From NCBI GenBank assembly GCA_965369655.1, contig CBDUQR010000001.1, positions 96,001 to 160,000 on the forward strand: a DNA stretch of 64,000 nucleotides, read 5' to 3'. Of the stretch, positions 45,822-56,200 are shown in pieces. A program made the position numbers and the translations under genes. Each line of letters begins with the position of its first letter. Positions within the stretch are counted from its first letter, which is position 1. Origin of the DNA: an uncultured bacterium (GTDB lineage Bacteria; Zixibacteria; MSB-5A5; JAABVY01; JAHJOQ01). The notes under the pieces were generated by a model that saw only the letters and a list, made by a program, of their open reading frames with translations, was not told the origin of the DNA and did no database searches.

Positions 45822-47624
45822 ATGCCATACGAAAAACAACATCAAGACGACAGCGATTCGACATCGAAAGTCTACATCCCGAATCTGGGAGGCCAGAACA
45901 AGACCGTAGAGAATGCCACAAAGGCTGAGCAACCAGACCCTCTCGCTGATCTCGAATTGAGTCTTGACATCATAGCACGGAAAAATCCACGACTGACCAG
46001 CAGGACGGACAGATCAGAAGCCCGCAGCACAGACTTGAAGGCGCTCCTGGAAATATCCAACGCAGTCAACTCCACGCTCGTCTTAGATGAGATACTGCGG
46101 ATAGTCATGGGAAAAGCCATCGAGCTGCTGCAGGCGGAACGGGGCTTCCTGATGCTGCTCGATGATAATGGAAAGCTGGCAATCAGGACAGCTCACAATA
46201 TCCAGAAGGACAGGATGCCGGAGGATGATGTCAGGTTGTCTACCTCGATTTCCAACAAAGTTGTCCGGACAGGCAAGCCGGTCTTCTCATCCGATGCACA
46301 GGCTGACGAGCGTTTTGCCAAACAGGAGAGCATTCTCGAACTGCATCTGCGATCAATTATGTGCGTTCCGCTGAAAGTCAAGGACAGGATCATCGGGGTA
46401 GCATACCTCGATAACAGCTCCAACACAAAGATATTCCTGCAGAGCGATCTCTATCTCTTCGAGCTTTTCGCGGAGCAGGCAGCCACAGCGATAGAGAACG
46501 CTAAACTCTACGAGAGTCTTCTCGACCTGAAGCATTACAACGAAAACGTAGTAGATAAGACGCCGGTTGGAATCATCGCCACAGACAACGAGTTGAAGGT
46601 TACATCCCTGAATTCCGCGGCAGCGAAAATACTGAGCACATCGGGCGTCGAACCGGTCCGGTACGATCCGCAATCGGCGCCGGTGCCGTTCGTGTCACTC
46701 TGGCCCGGGAAAAGTGCGGAGCATTGGGACAAAATCGCCAGCGAAGTGCTCAGGACCGGCGATTCGTTCCAGGACAACAAGTACTATCTCCAGGTGGGCG
46801 AAGAGCAGAAAGTCCTCTCCATAAAGATCAGCCTCCTGGACGAGGGCACCAGAGAGAACAGCGGACTCATCGTCGTGATTGAGGATATCACCGACAAGGC
46901 CTTGCTGGAGAATTACGTGCTCATGTCGGAGAGACTGGTTGCGAAAGGTGAGATGGCAGCTGCTATCGGCCACGAACTCAACAACTATCTCACCATCATC
47001 TCGAACAACGCAGAGCTCATGAAGCTCAATGTGCGCCGGAACATACTCGATAAGCTTGAGAAGAACACGAGCGCGATCCTCGACAACATTGCCAAAATCA
47101 AGAGGTTCACAGACAGCCTGATGGATTACTCCAGGCTGGAAGCGGAGATTATCGATTATCAGGTCAGTGAACTCATCGAGGAGTTGCTATTCTCGATCAG
47201 ACCGCAGAAGGAAATCAGGCATGCATCGATCGAGGTCGATATTCCGACCGACCTGCCAATAGTAGAGATGGATGTGGGACAGATGCACCAGGTGCTTCTC
47301 AACCTCATCAACAATGCCGTAGAAGCCGTTCGAGATAAGAAGGATGTGAAGGCCGAAATCCTGATAACTGCATCGCACGATCGAACGACGGATGAGATTT
47401 CGATTGAAGTAGCCGACAACGGTCCCGGGATAAAGCCGAAAAATATCAAGAAGATTTTCGAACCAAGATTCACGACCAGGCAAGAAGGACACGGACTCGG
47501 TCTGTCGAACTGTAAGCGTATCATGGACAGCCATCACGGGAGCATAACCGCAATATCCGATGGCTGCGACGGCGCTACTTTCAGAATAACCATGCCCGTC
47601 AGACAGCCGGTCGACGCAAAATAG
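45822..47624 (+). CDS. Cytoplasmic GAF-PAS histidine kinase
   Basis: SD GAGGAG; GAF 'LRSIMCVPLK..GVAYLDN'; PAS ending 'EDITD'; 'GHELNN', NLINNA, D.GPG, GHGLGL. Confidence 0.93.
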   Translation: MPYEKQHQDDSDSTSKVYIPNLGGQNKTVENATKAEQPDPLADLELSLDIIARKNPRLTSRTDRSEARSTDLKALLEISNAVNSTLVLDEILRIVMGKAIELLQAERGFLMLLDDNGKLAIRTAHNIQKDRMPEDDVRLSTSISNKVVRTGKPVFSSDAQADERFAKQESILELHLRSIMCVPLKVKDRIIGVAYLDNSSNTKIFLQSDLYLFELFAEQAATAIENAKLYESLLDLKHYNENVVDKTPVGIIATDNELKVTSLNSAAAKILSTSGVEPVRYDPQSAPVPFVSLWPGKSAEHWDKIASEVLRTGDSFQDNKYYLQVGEEQKVLSIKISLLDEGTRENSGLIVVIEDITDKALLENYVLMSERLVAKGEMAAAIGHELNNYLTIISNNAELMKLNVRRNILDKLEKNTSAILDNIAKIKRFTDSLMDYSRLEAEIIDYQVSELIEELLFSIRPQKEIRHASIEVDIPTDLPIVEMDVGQMHQVLLNLINNAVEAVRDKKDVKAEILITASHDRTTDEISIEVADNGPGIKPKNIKKIFEPRFTTRQEGHGLGLSNCKRIMDSHHGSITAISDGCDGATFRITMPVRQPVDAK

Positions 47625-47626
47625 AA

Positions 47627-50600
47627 ATGCAGCAGTCCAGGATCGATCTCCCAGAGAGATACGCGATTCTCGACTCCCTCGGAGAGGGCGGCGGCGGGAG
47701 TGTGTTCAGGGTGAAGGACAAGTTCACGGACCGGACTGTTGCTCTCAAGCTGTTCAGCCCGGCCGGGGATGTGCCGACCGACGAAGATGCGTTTCGGAAC
47801 GAGTTCCTTCTCACCGTATCGCTGAATCACCCGAATTTGATGGCTGCATATGATTACGGCTATGATGCCGGCAATCATCCCTTCTTTACTGCGGAACTGG
47901 TCGACGGATCGCGGATCGATTCCGAAGTCGCCTTGAGAGACAAGAACACATTCCTCGATCTCCTCGGACAGATATGCGCAGGGCTCAGGCACCTGCACAT
48001 CTTCGGGTACTCACACAACGACCTAAAGCCCGAGAACATCCTTATTGACCTGCATGAGAGAAAGCCGGTAGCAAAGATTCTCGACTTTGGACTCGCCCGG
48101 CGATACGATCCGACTCACGCAAAAAAGATGTCAGGCACTGTCGAATACATGGCGCCGGAAATCTTCAAGTCTGAAGCTCCGACATCAGGGAGCGACATCT
48201 ACACACTCGGAGTAATCCTCTATGAACTGGTCACAGGCCACAAGCCATACGAGAGCGATGATCCGCTCGAAGTCATCTCCGGGCACATCGAAGGGCGCCT
48301 TCCTCCAATCGAACCGCGAGTGGGATTCTTCGGCGAAGATTGCATTCGGATATTATCAGGCATGCTCGCCAAGACTCCATCGGAAAGGCCGGAGAACATC
48401 TCCAGAGTCTTCAATTCCTTTGCTCGCGCCCTTGGTGCTGAGACGAGTCGGGTCGGAGATGATCAACTCATCTGCGCGTTTGAGTCATCGATCAATTTGC
48501 TAATATCTCGCTCTGAATATCTCGATGATATTCTCTCCAATAGAGAGACAGAATTTCGCGTTTTATGTACCGATAGTGTCATAGCTGACTCGACCGCGAG
48601 ATTCCTGATGGCGCGGCTCCAGACCATGTTTGTCAACGTGCGCATCGACGGAAATGATCTCAGCATGACGTCGGTTCACGCGAAAGAAACCGTTGACATC
48701 GCAACAGTCGACTGTCGAGACAGCTTCGATACATGCGGCTCACGCATCGTGAACATCCATAACTACGGGAGAATCCCTGACGATCTTACAGGCGCAACGA
48801 TCCTCGAAGGCGACAGACTGATCCCGGCTGCGCTCGAAACGATACTCCGGACCGACAAGGAATCTGTCAGGCACAGGGATGCAGTAGTGGAATTGTGCGG
48901 TGGTGACTGCGCTCTTGCGAAGGCAACACTCGCGCAGTTGTGGCGCGACGGAGTTATCACCGACGACGATATCGGATTCAGAATTACATCCGACCCTGCA
49001 AATAATCTGCCACAGAGCATTAGCAGCATCGTCACTGAGGATCTGTCGTTCCTGAACAATGACGAGTTGACCGCATTGACAGGCCTGTCTCTGTTCACGC
49101 ATGATTTCTCGGAGCAACTGGCGACAGCGATCCTGACCGAACTGCACTGCGACGCGCCAAACATGCTCACGAATCTTGTGTCTTACAGAACACTGATCGA
49201 GCAGGGCGACAGGTACAGCTTCAGACATCCGGTAATGCAGAAAGTCCTGAATGCCAGACTTGAATCGGAAATCAGACGTTCGCTGCATCTCATCGCCGCC
49301 CGACAGATCGAAAGCGACAATGACCTCGAAGATACAGTACGTACCGGTCGTGTCGGCTATCATCTGCTGTGCGCAGGCGAATTGCAGAAGTCTATCGGAT
49401 ACGTTGTCGAATACCAGAAGATGCTTGCCGACAAAGGGGAATTCGTGGAGCCGGAGGCGCTGCTCGCGTCGTGTGAGCAAGCCGCAATGACTGATAGTTC
49501 GATCGACGACGGTTCAAGAAGCGAGCTCCTTATGGCGTTCGGCGATCTCCTGAAGAATCAGGGAAGATTCGATGAGGCCGCAGACAGGTATAGACAAATT
49601 ACAGAACTTCCCGGAGTGGAGCCTCGTCTCCTGGCCGAGACTTACAAGGATCTCGGTGATATTTACAAGTCGCAGGTTGATTTCACGTCCGGCCTCAGAG
49701 TCCTCGAAAAAGCGCTCAAGATTTACGGGGAACTGGACGACCGCCTCGAGGTTTCTCATACCCTGAACAACATGGGCAACATGTACTGGATCAACTCGCA
49801 GTATGATTTCGCCCTGGATAAATATCAGCAGGCTCTCGAGATTCAGGAAGAACTGGATGCTGTCAAAGACATCGCCTCGACATTGTCGAATATCGGCACA
49901 ACTTACTACATCAAAGGCGCCCACCATACGGCGATTGAGTACTACGAACGCTCTATTGAACTCAAAAAGATCATCAATGATGAACCGGAAATCGCCAGAA
50001 CATACAACAACATGGCGGCCGCCTATCTCCGCATACAGCAAGCTGGGCGCGCTCTCAACTACCTGAACCGATCAATGGCCATCAACAGAAGGATCGGCGC
50101 ACAGAAAGAGCTGATGTTCAACCTCGAGAACACGGTCGAGGTATGTATGGGACTCGGCGAGTTCAAGAGATCTGAAGAGCTTGCCGCAGAGGGGCTTGCT
50201 TCGGCGCGACGACTCGACGACTCGCCGCACGTCGGAATATTCAGCTATTGGCTCGGCCTGCTCTACGGAGAGCGCGGACTGCTCGGTCAATCACTGAGAT
50301 ACCTCGAGAAATCTGAGGAGATCGGCGACAGCATCTCAGACAAATCATTTTCCGCCAGAACGCAGTTAGCGCTCGCACACAATTACATCCAGATGAACTC
50401 TCTCGACAGGGTTGGATCATGCATCGCAAAAGCCCGGAAGGTCATCTCTCCTGTCGACCCAAGCCATGAACTTACGTATCTGAAAGTGATCAGTGCCCGC
50501 GAAGACTTCATCTCGGGCAAAGACACAGGCGCAATCCTCGCGAAGCTTGATATTGCTGAGAAGGAAGCCGAAAAGCACGACCATTATGTCGAGCTGTGTG

Positions 50601-51037
50601 AGGCATTGTTGGTGCGGCTCGACGTGACGCTCGCAGGAGGCAGGATACAGGCGGAAGATCTCGAGAAACTCGACAAGATGACCGAGGTGGATCAACACAC
50701 CATCTACCGCAGCCATCTCTACTTCTACCTTGCCGTATCAAGCATGCGTGACACGCTGTTCAATGAAGCTCTAAGCTATTTCGAGCAGGCTCAGGTCATG
50801 GCAACAGCGTTTGAACAGCGAGAACTCCTCGCGAGAATAAATCTCTACAGCGGCAAGGTCTGTATCAGGCAACTGGAATACGAAGATGCGTTCTTCAGAT
50901 TGAAGCAGGCCGGTGAGATTGTGAAGGGAATCGTTGCCGATATCGGCGATATTGGGCTCGTTAGATCCTATATGAGTAGTCCTGAAAAACTCGAACTGGT
51001 GGAGGCGGTCAGACACCTGGCTGTGAAGCTCGGTTGA
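47627..51037 (+). CDS. Hanks-type Ser/Thr kinase with degenerate STAND-like middle region and long TPR array
   Basis: GEGGGG, VALK, HNDLKPEN, DFG, GTVEYMAPE; TPRs with TLNNMG/TLSNIG/TYNNMA. Confidence 0.92.
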   Translation: MQQSRIDLPERYAILDSLGEGGGGSVFRVKDKFTDRTVALKLFSPAGDVPTDEDAFRNEFLLTVSLNHPNLMAAYDYGYDAGNHPFFTAELVDGSRIDSEVALRDKNTFLDLLGQICAGLRHLHIFGYSHNDLKPENILIDLHERKPVAKILDFGLARRYDPTHAKKMSGTVEYMAPEIFKSEAPTSGSDIYTLGVILYELVTGHKPYESDDPLEVISGHIEGRLPPIEPRVGFFGEDCIRILSGMLAKTPSERPENISRVFNSFARALGAETSRVGDDQLICAFESSINLLISRSEYLDDILSNRETEFRVLCTDSVIADSTARFLMARLQTMFVNVRIDGNDLSMTSVHAKETVDIATVDCRDSFDTCGSRIVNIHNYGRIPDDLTGATILEGDRLIPAALETILRTDKESVRHRDAVVELCGGDCALAKATLAQLWRDGVITDDDIGFRITSDPANNLPQSISSIVTEDLSFLNNDELTALTGLSLFTHDFSEQLATAILTELHCDAPNMLTNLVSYRTLIEQGDRYSFRHPVMQKVLNARLESEIRRSLHLIAARQIESDNDLEDTVRTGRVGYHLLCAGELQKSIGYVVEYQKMLADKGEFVEPEALLASCEQAAMTDSSIDDGSRSELLMAFGDLLKNQGRFDEAADRYRQITELPGVEPRLLAETYKDLGDIYKSQVDFTSGLRVLEKALKIYGELDDRLEVSHTLNNMGNMYWINSQYDFALDKYQQALEIQEELDAVKDIASTLSNIGTTYYIKGAHHTAIEYYERSIELKKIINDEPEIARTYNNMAAAYLRIQQAGRALNYLNRSMAINRRIGAQKELMFNLENTVEVCMGLGEFKRSEELAAEGLASARRLDDSPHVGIFSYWLGLLYGERGLLGQSLRYLEKSEEIGDSISDKSFSARTQLALAHNYIQMNSLDRVGSCIAKARKVISPVDPSHELTYLKVISAREDFISGKDTGAILAKLDIAEKEAEKHDHYVELCEALLVRLDVTLAGGRIQAEDLEKLDKMTEVDQHTIYRSHLYFYLAVSSMRDTLFNEALSYFEQAQVMATAFEQRELLARINLYSGKVCIRQLEYEDAFFRLKQAGEIVKGIVADIGDIGLVRSYMSSPEKLELVEAVRHLAVKLG

Positions 51038-51049
51038 TGTATATAGGGA

Positions 51050-51076
51050 AAGAGGCCGCCAAAAGGCGGCCTCTAA
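51050..51076. terminator. Hairpin terminator between convergent genes (U-tract stronger on minus strand)
   Basis: AGAGGCCGCC-aaaa-GGCGGCCTCT. Confidence 0.8.
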
Positions 51077-51107
51077 TTCCGGTCATCATCACCTTTGGGG
51101 CATAGGG

Positions 51108-51182
51108 TTATTGACCACCCAGACTGATTCCCGCAGGTGCGACTTTCTCTTCCAGTTCTTCAATCAAGAGATCATAGGTCAT
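51108..51182 (-). CDS. 24-aa peptide MTYDLLIEELEEKVAPAGISLGGQ (precursor/signal-peptide-like), not in ORF track
   Basis: SD AGGAGGTG 5 nt before ATG; own promoter and terminator. Confidence 0.8.
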   Translation of the reverse strand: MTYDLLIEELEEKVAPAGISLGGQ

Positions 51183-51284
51183 AGTCACACCTCCTATGTT
51201 GACGTGGACGACCGATCCCCCGCTCTCGCGGGTTACCCGAGATTGTCATCTTCATCTCTGAAGATGAGTTAGCTAACTGGATAA

Positions 51285-51313
51285 ATATTAGCGATCTGAT
51301 CGACAGATGTCAA
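51285..51313 (-). promoter_or_regulatory. Sigma70 promoter of the peptide gene
   Basis: TTGACA-17-TAATAT on the minus strand. Confidence 0.65.
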
Positions 51314-51375
51314 GCTAATTCTGACAAAAAACCGCGTAATTGACAGAAACCCAAATAGTTGGATGGGCTTCAGGC

Positions 51376-53202
51376 CTACAGAGTTTCCATCTCCTTCAGC
51401 CTTTTTCTGGCATGCTCCTGAAGGATCAGATTATCGAACTCGGTGAGAAGCCTGCGGTAGGCGCTTTCAGATACGGCAAGATCGCCGCTCTCGAACTGAA
51501 TGTCCGCTATGTATCTTAGAGATTCCGCTCTATAGAAGCTGTCCGTGAAGTCATCGAGAATCCTCTTAAATGTCTCTACCGCGACCAGGGAATCGCCCAG
51601 CAGCAACTGCAACTCGCCAAGCCTGAAAGTGGATATATCGGCCAGCAAAGCTCCCTCTTTCGACGAGATGCCCGTCAGCAGCACCGCAGCGGAGTCGTAT
51701 CTCCCGGTCAGAATCATGTGTTCGGAATCGGCATAGGAATCAAGATCGATTCTGTCGAAACCGACAATTTCGTCGATCATCAGTATCTTGCGCAGGCAAT
51801 CGTTGACATAAAGCCCCTTGCGAAACCTGACAGTCAACTGTGCATACAGTCTCTTCGCCTCATCGTAGTTGTGTGAAAAAAACTTCGATTGAGCTTTTCT
51901 CCAGATCAGCCTTTCCTGACCTTCCTCAGAGAGTTTGTCCATCTGAACCAGATCGTATAGACTGTCGGCTGTTTCAAAATCGTCCAGAGCTATGTAGCAG
52001 TCACCCATCCAGAGCATCGCCAAGTGATGCCATATCAAAGTCCTTGGATCGTCGGTAACACTGCCAAAATACACAAGTGCGGAATCAGGCTCATTCATGC
52101 TCTCGAGATACAGCCTTCCGATAGCGAAACGTGCTTCGATGATCTCTCGGCCATCAGGAGAGTTCTCCGCGATCTGGTGCAGGACCGAGATCGCCGAGTC
52201 GCCATGTCCCATATTGGAGTATGCCGCCGAAAGAACATAGCGGGCTTGAATCACGCCCGGTTTGCCAGGATACTGGTCGAGCACGAACCTGCACGTTTCC
52301 ACGGCCAGAGGATAGTCTTCGCGCTCAAGGCATCTCCTTGCGAAAAAAACCAGGTATCTGCCTTCTTCATGCCGAAGTTCATCGACCTCTCTGTATACCT
52401 GATAAGCCTCGCGGAGGTCGTTCTGCCTGATAAGCAAGTCAGCGTAATATTTCCTCGGGATATGATCCGATGGGTGAGCCTTCGACAATGCGACAAACTC
52501 AGCCTTCAGAAGCTCCATGTCCTCGTCGTCATCAACAGAATCGACCAGCCGCCTGAGGAGCCGGTGCCCGCGTTCCATATTGAGCGTGTCGGAAACGGTG
52601 AACATGTAGTATTCTCGCGCGGCAGCCGGGTAATCTCTCCGAACCTCATACAGCCTGCCGAGTTGCTCGGCAAAGAGATACTTGTCGCCCTGTCTCTCTC
52701 TCCCCTTCAGGTAGGTTCCAATCGCCTCATCATAAAGTCCGTTGGCGCGGTAGACGCCCGATATCCGATGAGTGACGCTCTCTTTCCTCGGTGAATTCTT
52801 GAGACACATATCGAACTGTTTCGCCGCGTCTGAAAGCTCGCCCATCCGGAGATAAAGATGACCGTATTGGAGAAGGACATCGACAGTCCTGCCAGAGAGC
52901 TTCTCCATCTTCTCTATCGCGCTGGCAGCCTTCTCAAAATCCTTCGAGTAGATGTAGACCTTGCTTGTCAGCGACAGCACCGAGAGATCGTCAGGGTACT
53001 CCCTGTCGAGTTCGGTCAGCAGAATCAGAGCCTTGTCGTACCTGCCGTTCGCAACATGGCTTGACACCTTCTGAAGCGCGAGCTTTAGCCTTGCTTCGTT
53101 CTCATCCTGACCAAGCGCGATCTCGCTCGACATCCACAGCAGTACGAACATGAATGCGGTAAGGACGGAAATCGTCGCGTGAGATCGGTCGAACGAAAGC
53201 AC
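51376..53202 (-). CDS. Exported TPR protein
   Basis: Signal-like N-terminus, TPRs throughout; coupled to upstream gene. Confidence 0.85.
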   Translation of the reverse strand: MLSFDRSHATISVLTAFMFVLLWMSSEIALGQDENEARLKLALQKVSSHVANGRYDKALILLTELDREYPDDLSVLSLTSKVYIYSKDFEKAASAIEKMEKLSGRTVDVLLQYGHLYLRMGELSDAAKQFDMCLKNSPRKESVTHRISGVYRANGLYDEAIGTYLKGRERQGDKYLFAEQLGRLYEVRRDYPAAAREYYMFTVSDTLNMERGHRLLRRLVDSVDDDEDMELLKAEFVALSKAHPSDHIPRKYYADLLIRQNDLREAYQVYREVDELRHEEGRYLVFFARRCLEREDYPLAVETCRFVLDQYPGKPGVIQARYVLSAAYSNMGHGDSAISVLHQIAENSPDGREIIEARFAIGRLYLESMNEPDSALVYFGSVTDDPRTLIWHHLAMLWMGDCYIALDDFETADSLYDLVQMDKLSEEGQERLIWRKAQSKFFSHNYDEAKRLYAQLTVRFRKGLYVNDCLRKILMIDEIVGFDRIDLDSYADSEHMILTGRYDSAAVLLTGISSKEGALLADISTFRLGELQLLLGDSLVAVETFKRILDDFTDSFYRAESLRYIADIQFESGDLAVSESAYRRLLTEFDNLILQEHARKRLKEMETL

Positions 53203-56200
53203 TATCGGTCGACCTCCATGATCGCCTTGAAGTAGTCTTTGATGATCTCTTCGTACTCCGGAGGGTAGCCCTCTTCGAGGAATTTCTGGAGACGCCTCTC
53301 ATACGATTCAGATCCGACCTGAGCCGCCTCGTCGAGCGGATCGGGTCCCATGCGAAGAATCTGCTCAGCTCTGCTGGCTCGCCGTGTCTCGCTGTAGTCC
53401 TGTCGTTCCATAGAGAGTTGGAAATCGAGCATTCTCTGATATATCTTATTCTGCCGTTCGAGAGTCTCGTCTGTCACGCCTCCCTGTTCGAGGGCTTCGA
53501 CAACTCTTCGCATTTCTTCGGCCATGTTTTCCAGACGACCCTTTATCTGTTTCCTGTCGCCCAATTCTTCCTGAAGCTGCTGAACAGACTTGCGGACCGC
53601 GGACTGCTCTGCCGACAGTCGCTCCAACATGCTCTTGTCGCCCTGACCACGCTGATTGGGGTTGTTACACATGTTCTGCGACTGCTGGTTGATGCGCTTT
53701 TGTTGTTTGCATGTCTTGTTCATCTTCTGGAACATGCTCTGATTCGGCTTATTGCAGGATGAATTGCATTGTTGTTGGTTGTTGAGCGACTCCATTATTA
53801 CTCTCGAAGCCTGATTCAGAGACCCGATAGTATTCTTCTGCGACCCTATCGCCTGCGAGGCCTGCATTTCAGTCAGTGAAGAGGTCGATCTGCTCATTCC
53901 CGACATGCACTGCTTCATCAATTTGTCAATCTGACTCTGCATGAAGACTGATTCTTTCGCAATGTCGATAAGTTTCTGCCTGAGTGCCGAGGCCTGTGAC
54001 TGGAGAACCTGCTGTTCCTCGGCCAGCTTTCTGAGTTCCGATGACTGCATTTCATATCTGCCGACATCGCCCAATATCTCTTCCTGCTTGTCCGTGAGAT
54101 AGAATACGTCATCGAGCGCCTTCCTCATTTCCTTAGCCATCTGCTGCCCCATCTGCTGACTGAGAGCCATCTGCGCATCCTGCATCTGCTCCAGCATTTC
54201 CATAAGCTTCTGTTCCGCAGAATCACCCGACATCATGGCGTCGAGCTTCTCACTATCCGAGAGACTTGCAGTCATCTCCTCCATATCCTTCTCGGCGCCC
54301 GATTCCCTTGTCGCCCGGCAGAAACTCTTCGAGTGGGGGCTGCTGTCCATTTTGGCTTCTTTGAAGAGCTTCTCAAGCTCATCAGATTTCCGTTTCAGAT
54401 CTTCGAGTGAATTCCTGACCTGCTGTTCCTTCGGTGATAGATCAGGAAGTTTCTCCCTGTCGGATTTCTCGGTCCGTTCGTTGACCTTCTGCTGGTTCCG
54501 AAGGATTTCTTCGGCCTGACGGATCATATCCTGCATCATCTGGTCGGCCTGAAGTTGCTTGAGCTGGGCGATCGCACGTTCGATATTCTGGAGCACATCT
54601 TCGAGAGACATATCGAAGTTCTCCATCGCTTTTTCGACAGCCTCCTTGTCCATTTTCGCCAGCGCTTCCTGGAGTTTCTTCATCGCTTCTTTCATTTCAG
54701 GAGTGGCGACCTCCTCGAACAACTTCTGAAGCTCCTCGATCTTCTGGATCATCTGGAGAGTCAGAAGCTGATTCTTCTTAGCTTCCTGATTCGTCTCCTC
54801 GAACTGCTTCGCAAGTTCCTCGTACTCGTTGAGAAGCTGTTCCTGTCTCTCCGCAACCGATTCAAATGCTTTCTTGTCTTCCCAGTCGAGTTCTTTTTCG
54901 AGCCTGAGAGCCTGAGTCATCTCCCTGAACTCTTCGCCGATCCGCTCCTGCTGCTTGAGAGCCTCGACATATTCATTCATTTGATCCTCTCTGGAGCTTT
55001 CGATCTCCGAGAAAATCTCGCCGAGAGTCGGCAGCCTGACCGCCATCACCGGTCCGGTCGTCGATTTGGGACCGATCACGAAATCATTGTCGAATACTTC
55101 GAGATAGTACTCGATCCAGCTTCCCGGCAGCAGCCCGACATTCGCCAGATCCCAGAAATAATCAATCTGCTGCTCTGGTTTATATCCGGATATCTCGATC
55201 TTTTCAGATTGCTTCCATTCTTCGGTCGCCGTCAGATGAACAGTGTAGTTGAGCAAAAGCTTCGTGAATCCAAAATCATCGACCAGGTTAGCTATGAGTC
55301 GAACAGCCATGTCTTCGTCGAGGTCAACATTGCCACTCGGACTGACCATGTATATCTCAGGAAAGGCATCATCGAGAACTGTCACGCGATATTCGATCGG
55401 ATTGGGATTGCCGTACCCCGATCGGTCGGTAACCTCAGCATGATACGACAAGTCTGTCTCGACCTTTATCGTCGCGGTCGACACCTCGTGATCGCATTCC
55501 AGGTCTATTCTGCTTCCATCGGAGAACAGGAGCGCGCCCTGCTCGACAGGCTTATTGGCGGTCAGTTCGACATTGACTTTGGTTCCGCGAAGAGCCTGGA
55601 TATTGCCGTCGTTCTCATCGATAACAAGCGGTTTCAGCCTGGTGTATTTCGGATACATATATGTGAGCTTCAGGCCGGTGATCCTCGGCTTGTCGACCAC
55701 AGTTACATTGAACTGAATCGATTCTTCTCGTCCCGCCATGACAAAGTAGACGAAGTCGTGTCTTACTTCTTTGAACTTGTAGGTGAATACGTTTGAGTCC
55801 GGGCTTATGCCGAGAGCATTGACTATCCCCGGTGATGCTCCCGGAATGATCTTCTTCTCAAGCTCGTCGGATCGCCATTTGCCTTCACCGGAATTATCCC
55901 AGAATATCTCCGCCCGGTCCGGAAGCTTCTCGCCCCTGACTATGACTGTCAGTTCCAGAGGATCATATTTCAGGAGTTCCTTGTCTCCCGGCGCGACCGT
56001 CAACTCGTATGTTCTCGGCAGTTCGATCTCTTCCAGCGGATGCGAGAAAACATAAAATGAAGACCAGAACAGCCCCGGTGTCAGGATCGCAAGCAGAAGC
56101 GTCACGGCAGCCGCAGCCCCGAAGTACTTGAGCAGTGCAGTGAGTTTGCGGTTCGAATAGCTCGATTTGAGATTGAGACTGTCGATCATGCCACTGGTCC

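Noticed and set aside
51196-51280. c-di-GMP-I riboswitch in the peptide leader
   Set aside because: GNRA hairpin present, but the GCAAA junction and second stem are missing.
54555-55796. 413-aa plus-strand ORF
   Set aside because: Antisense shadow of the coiled-coil gene.
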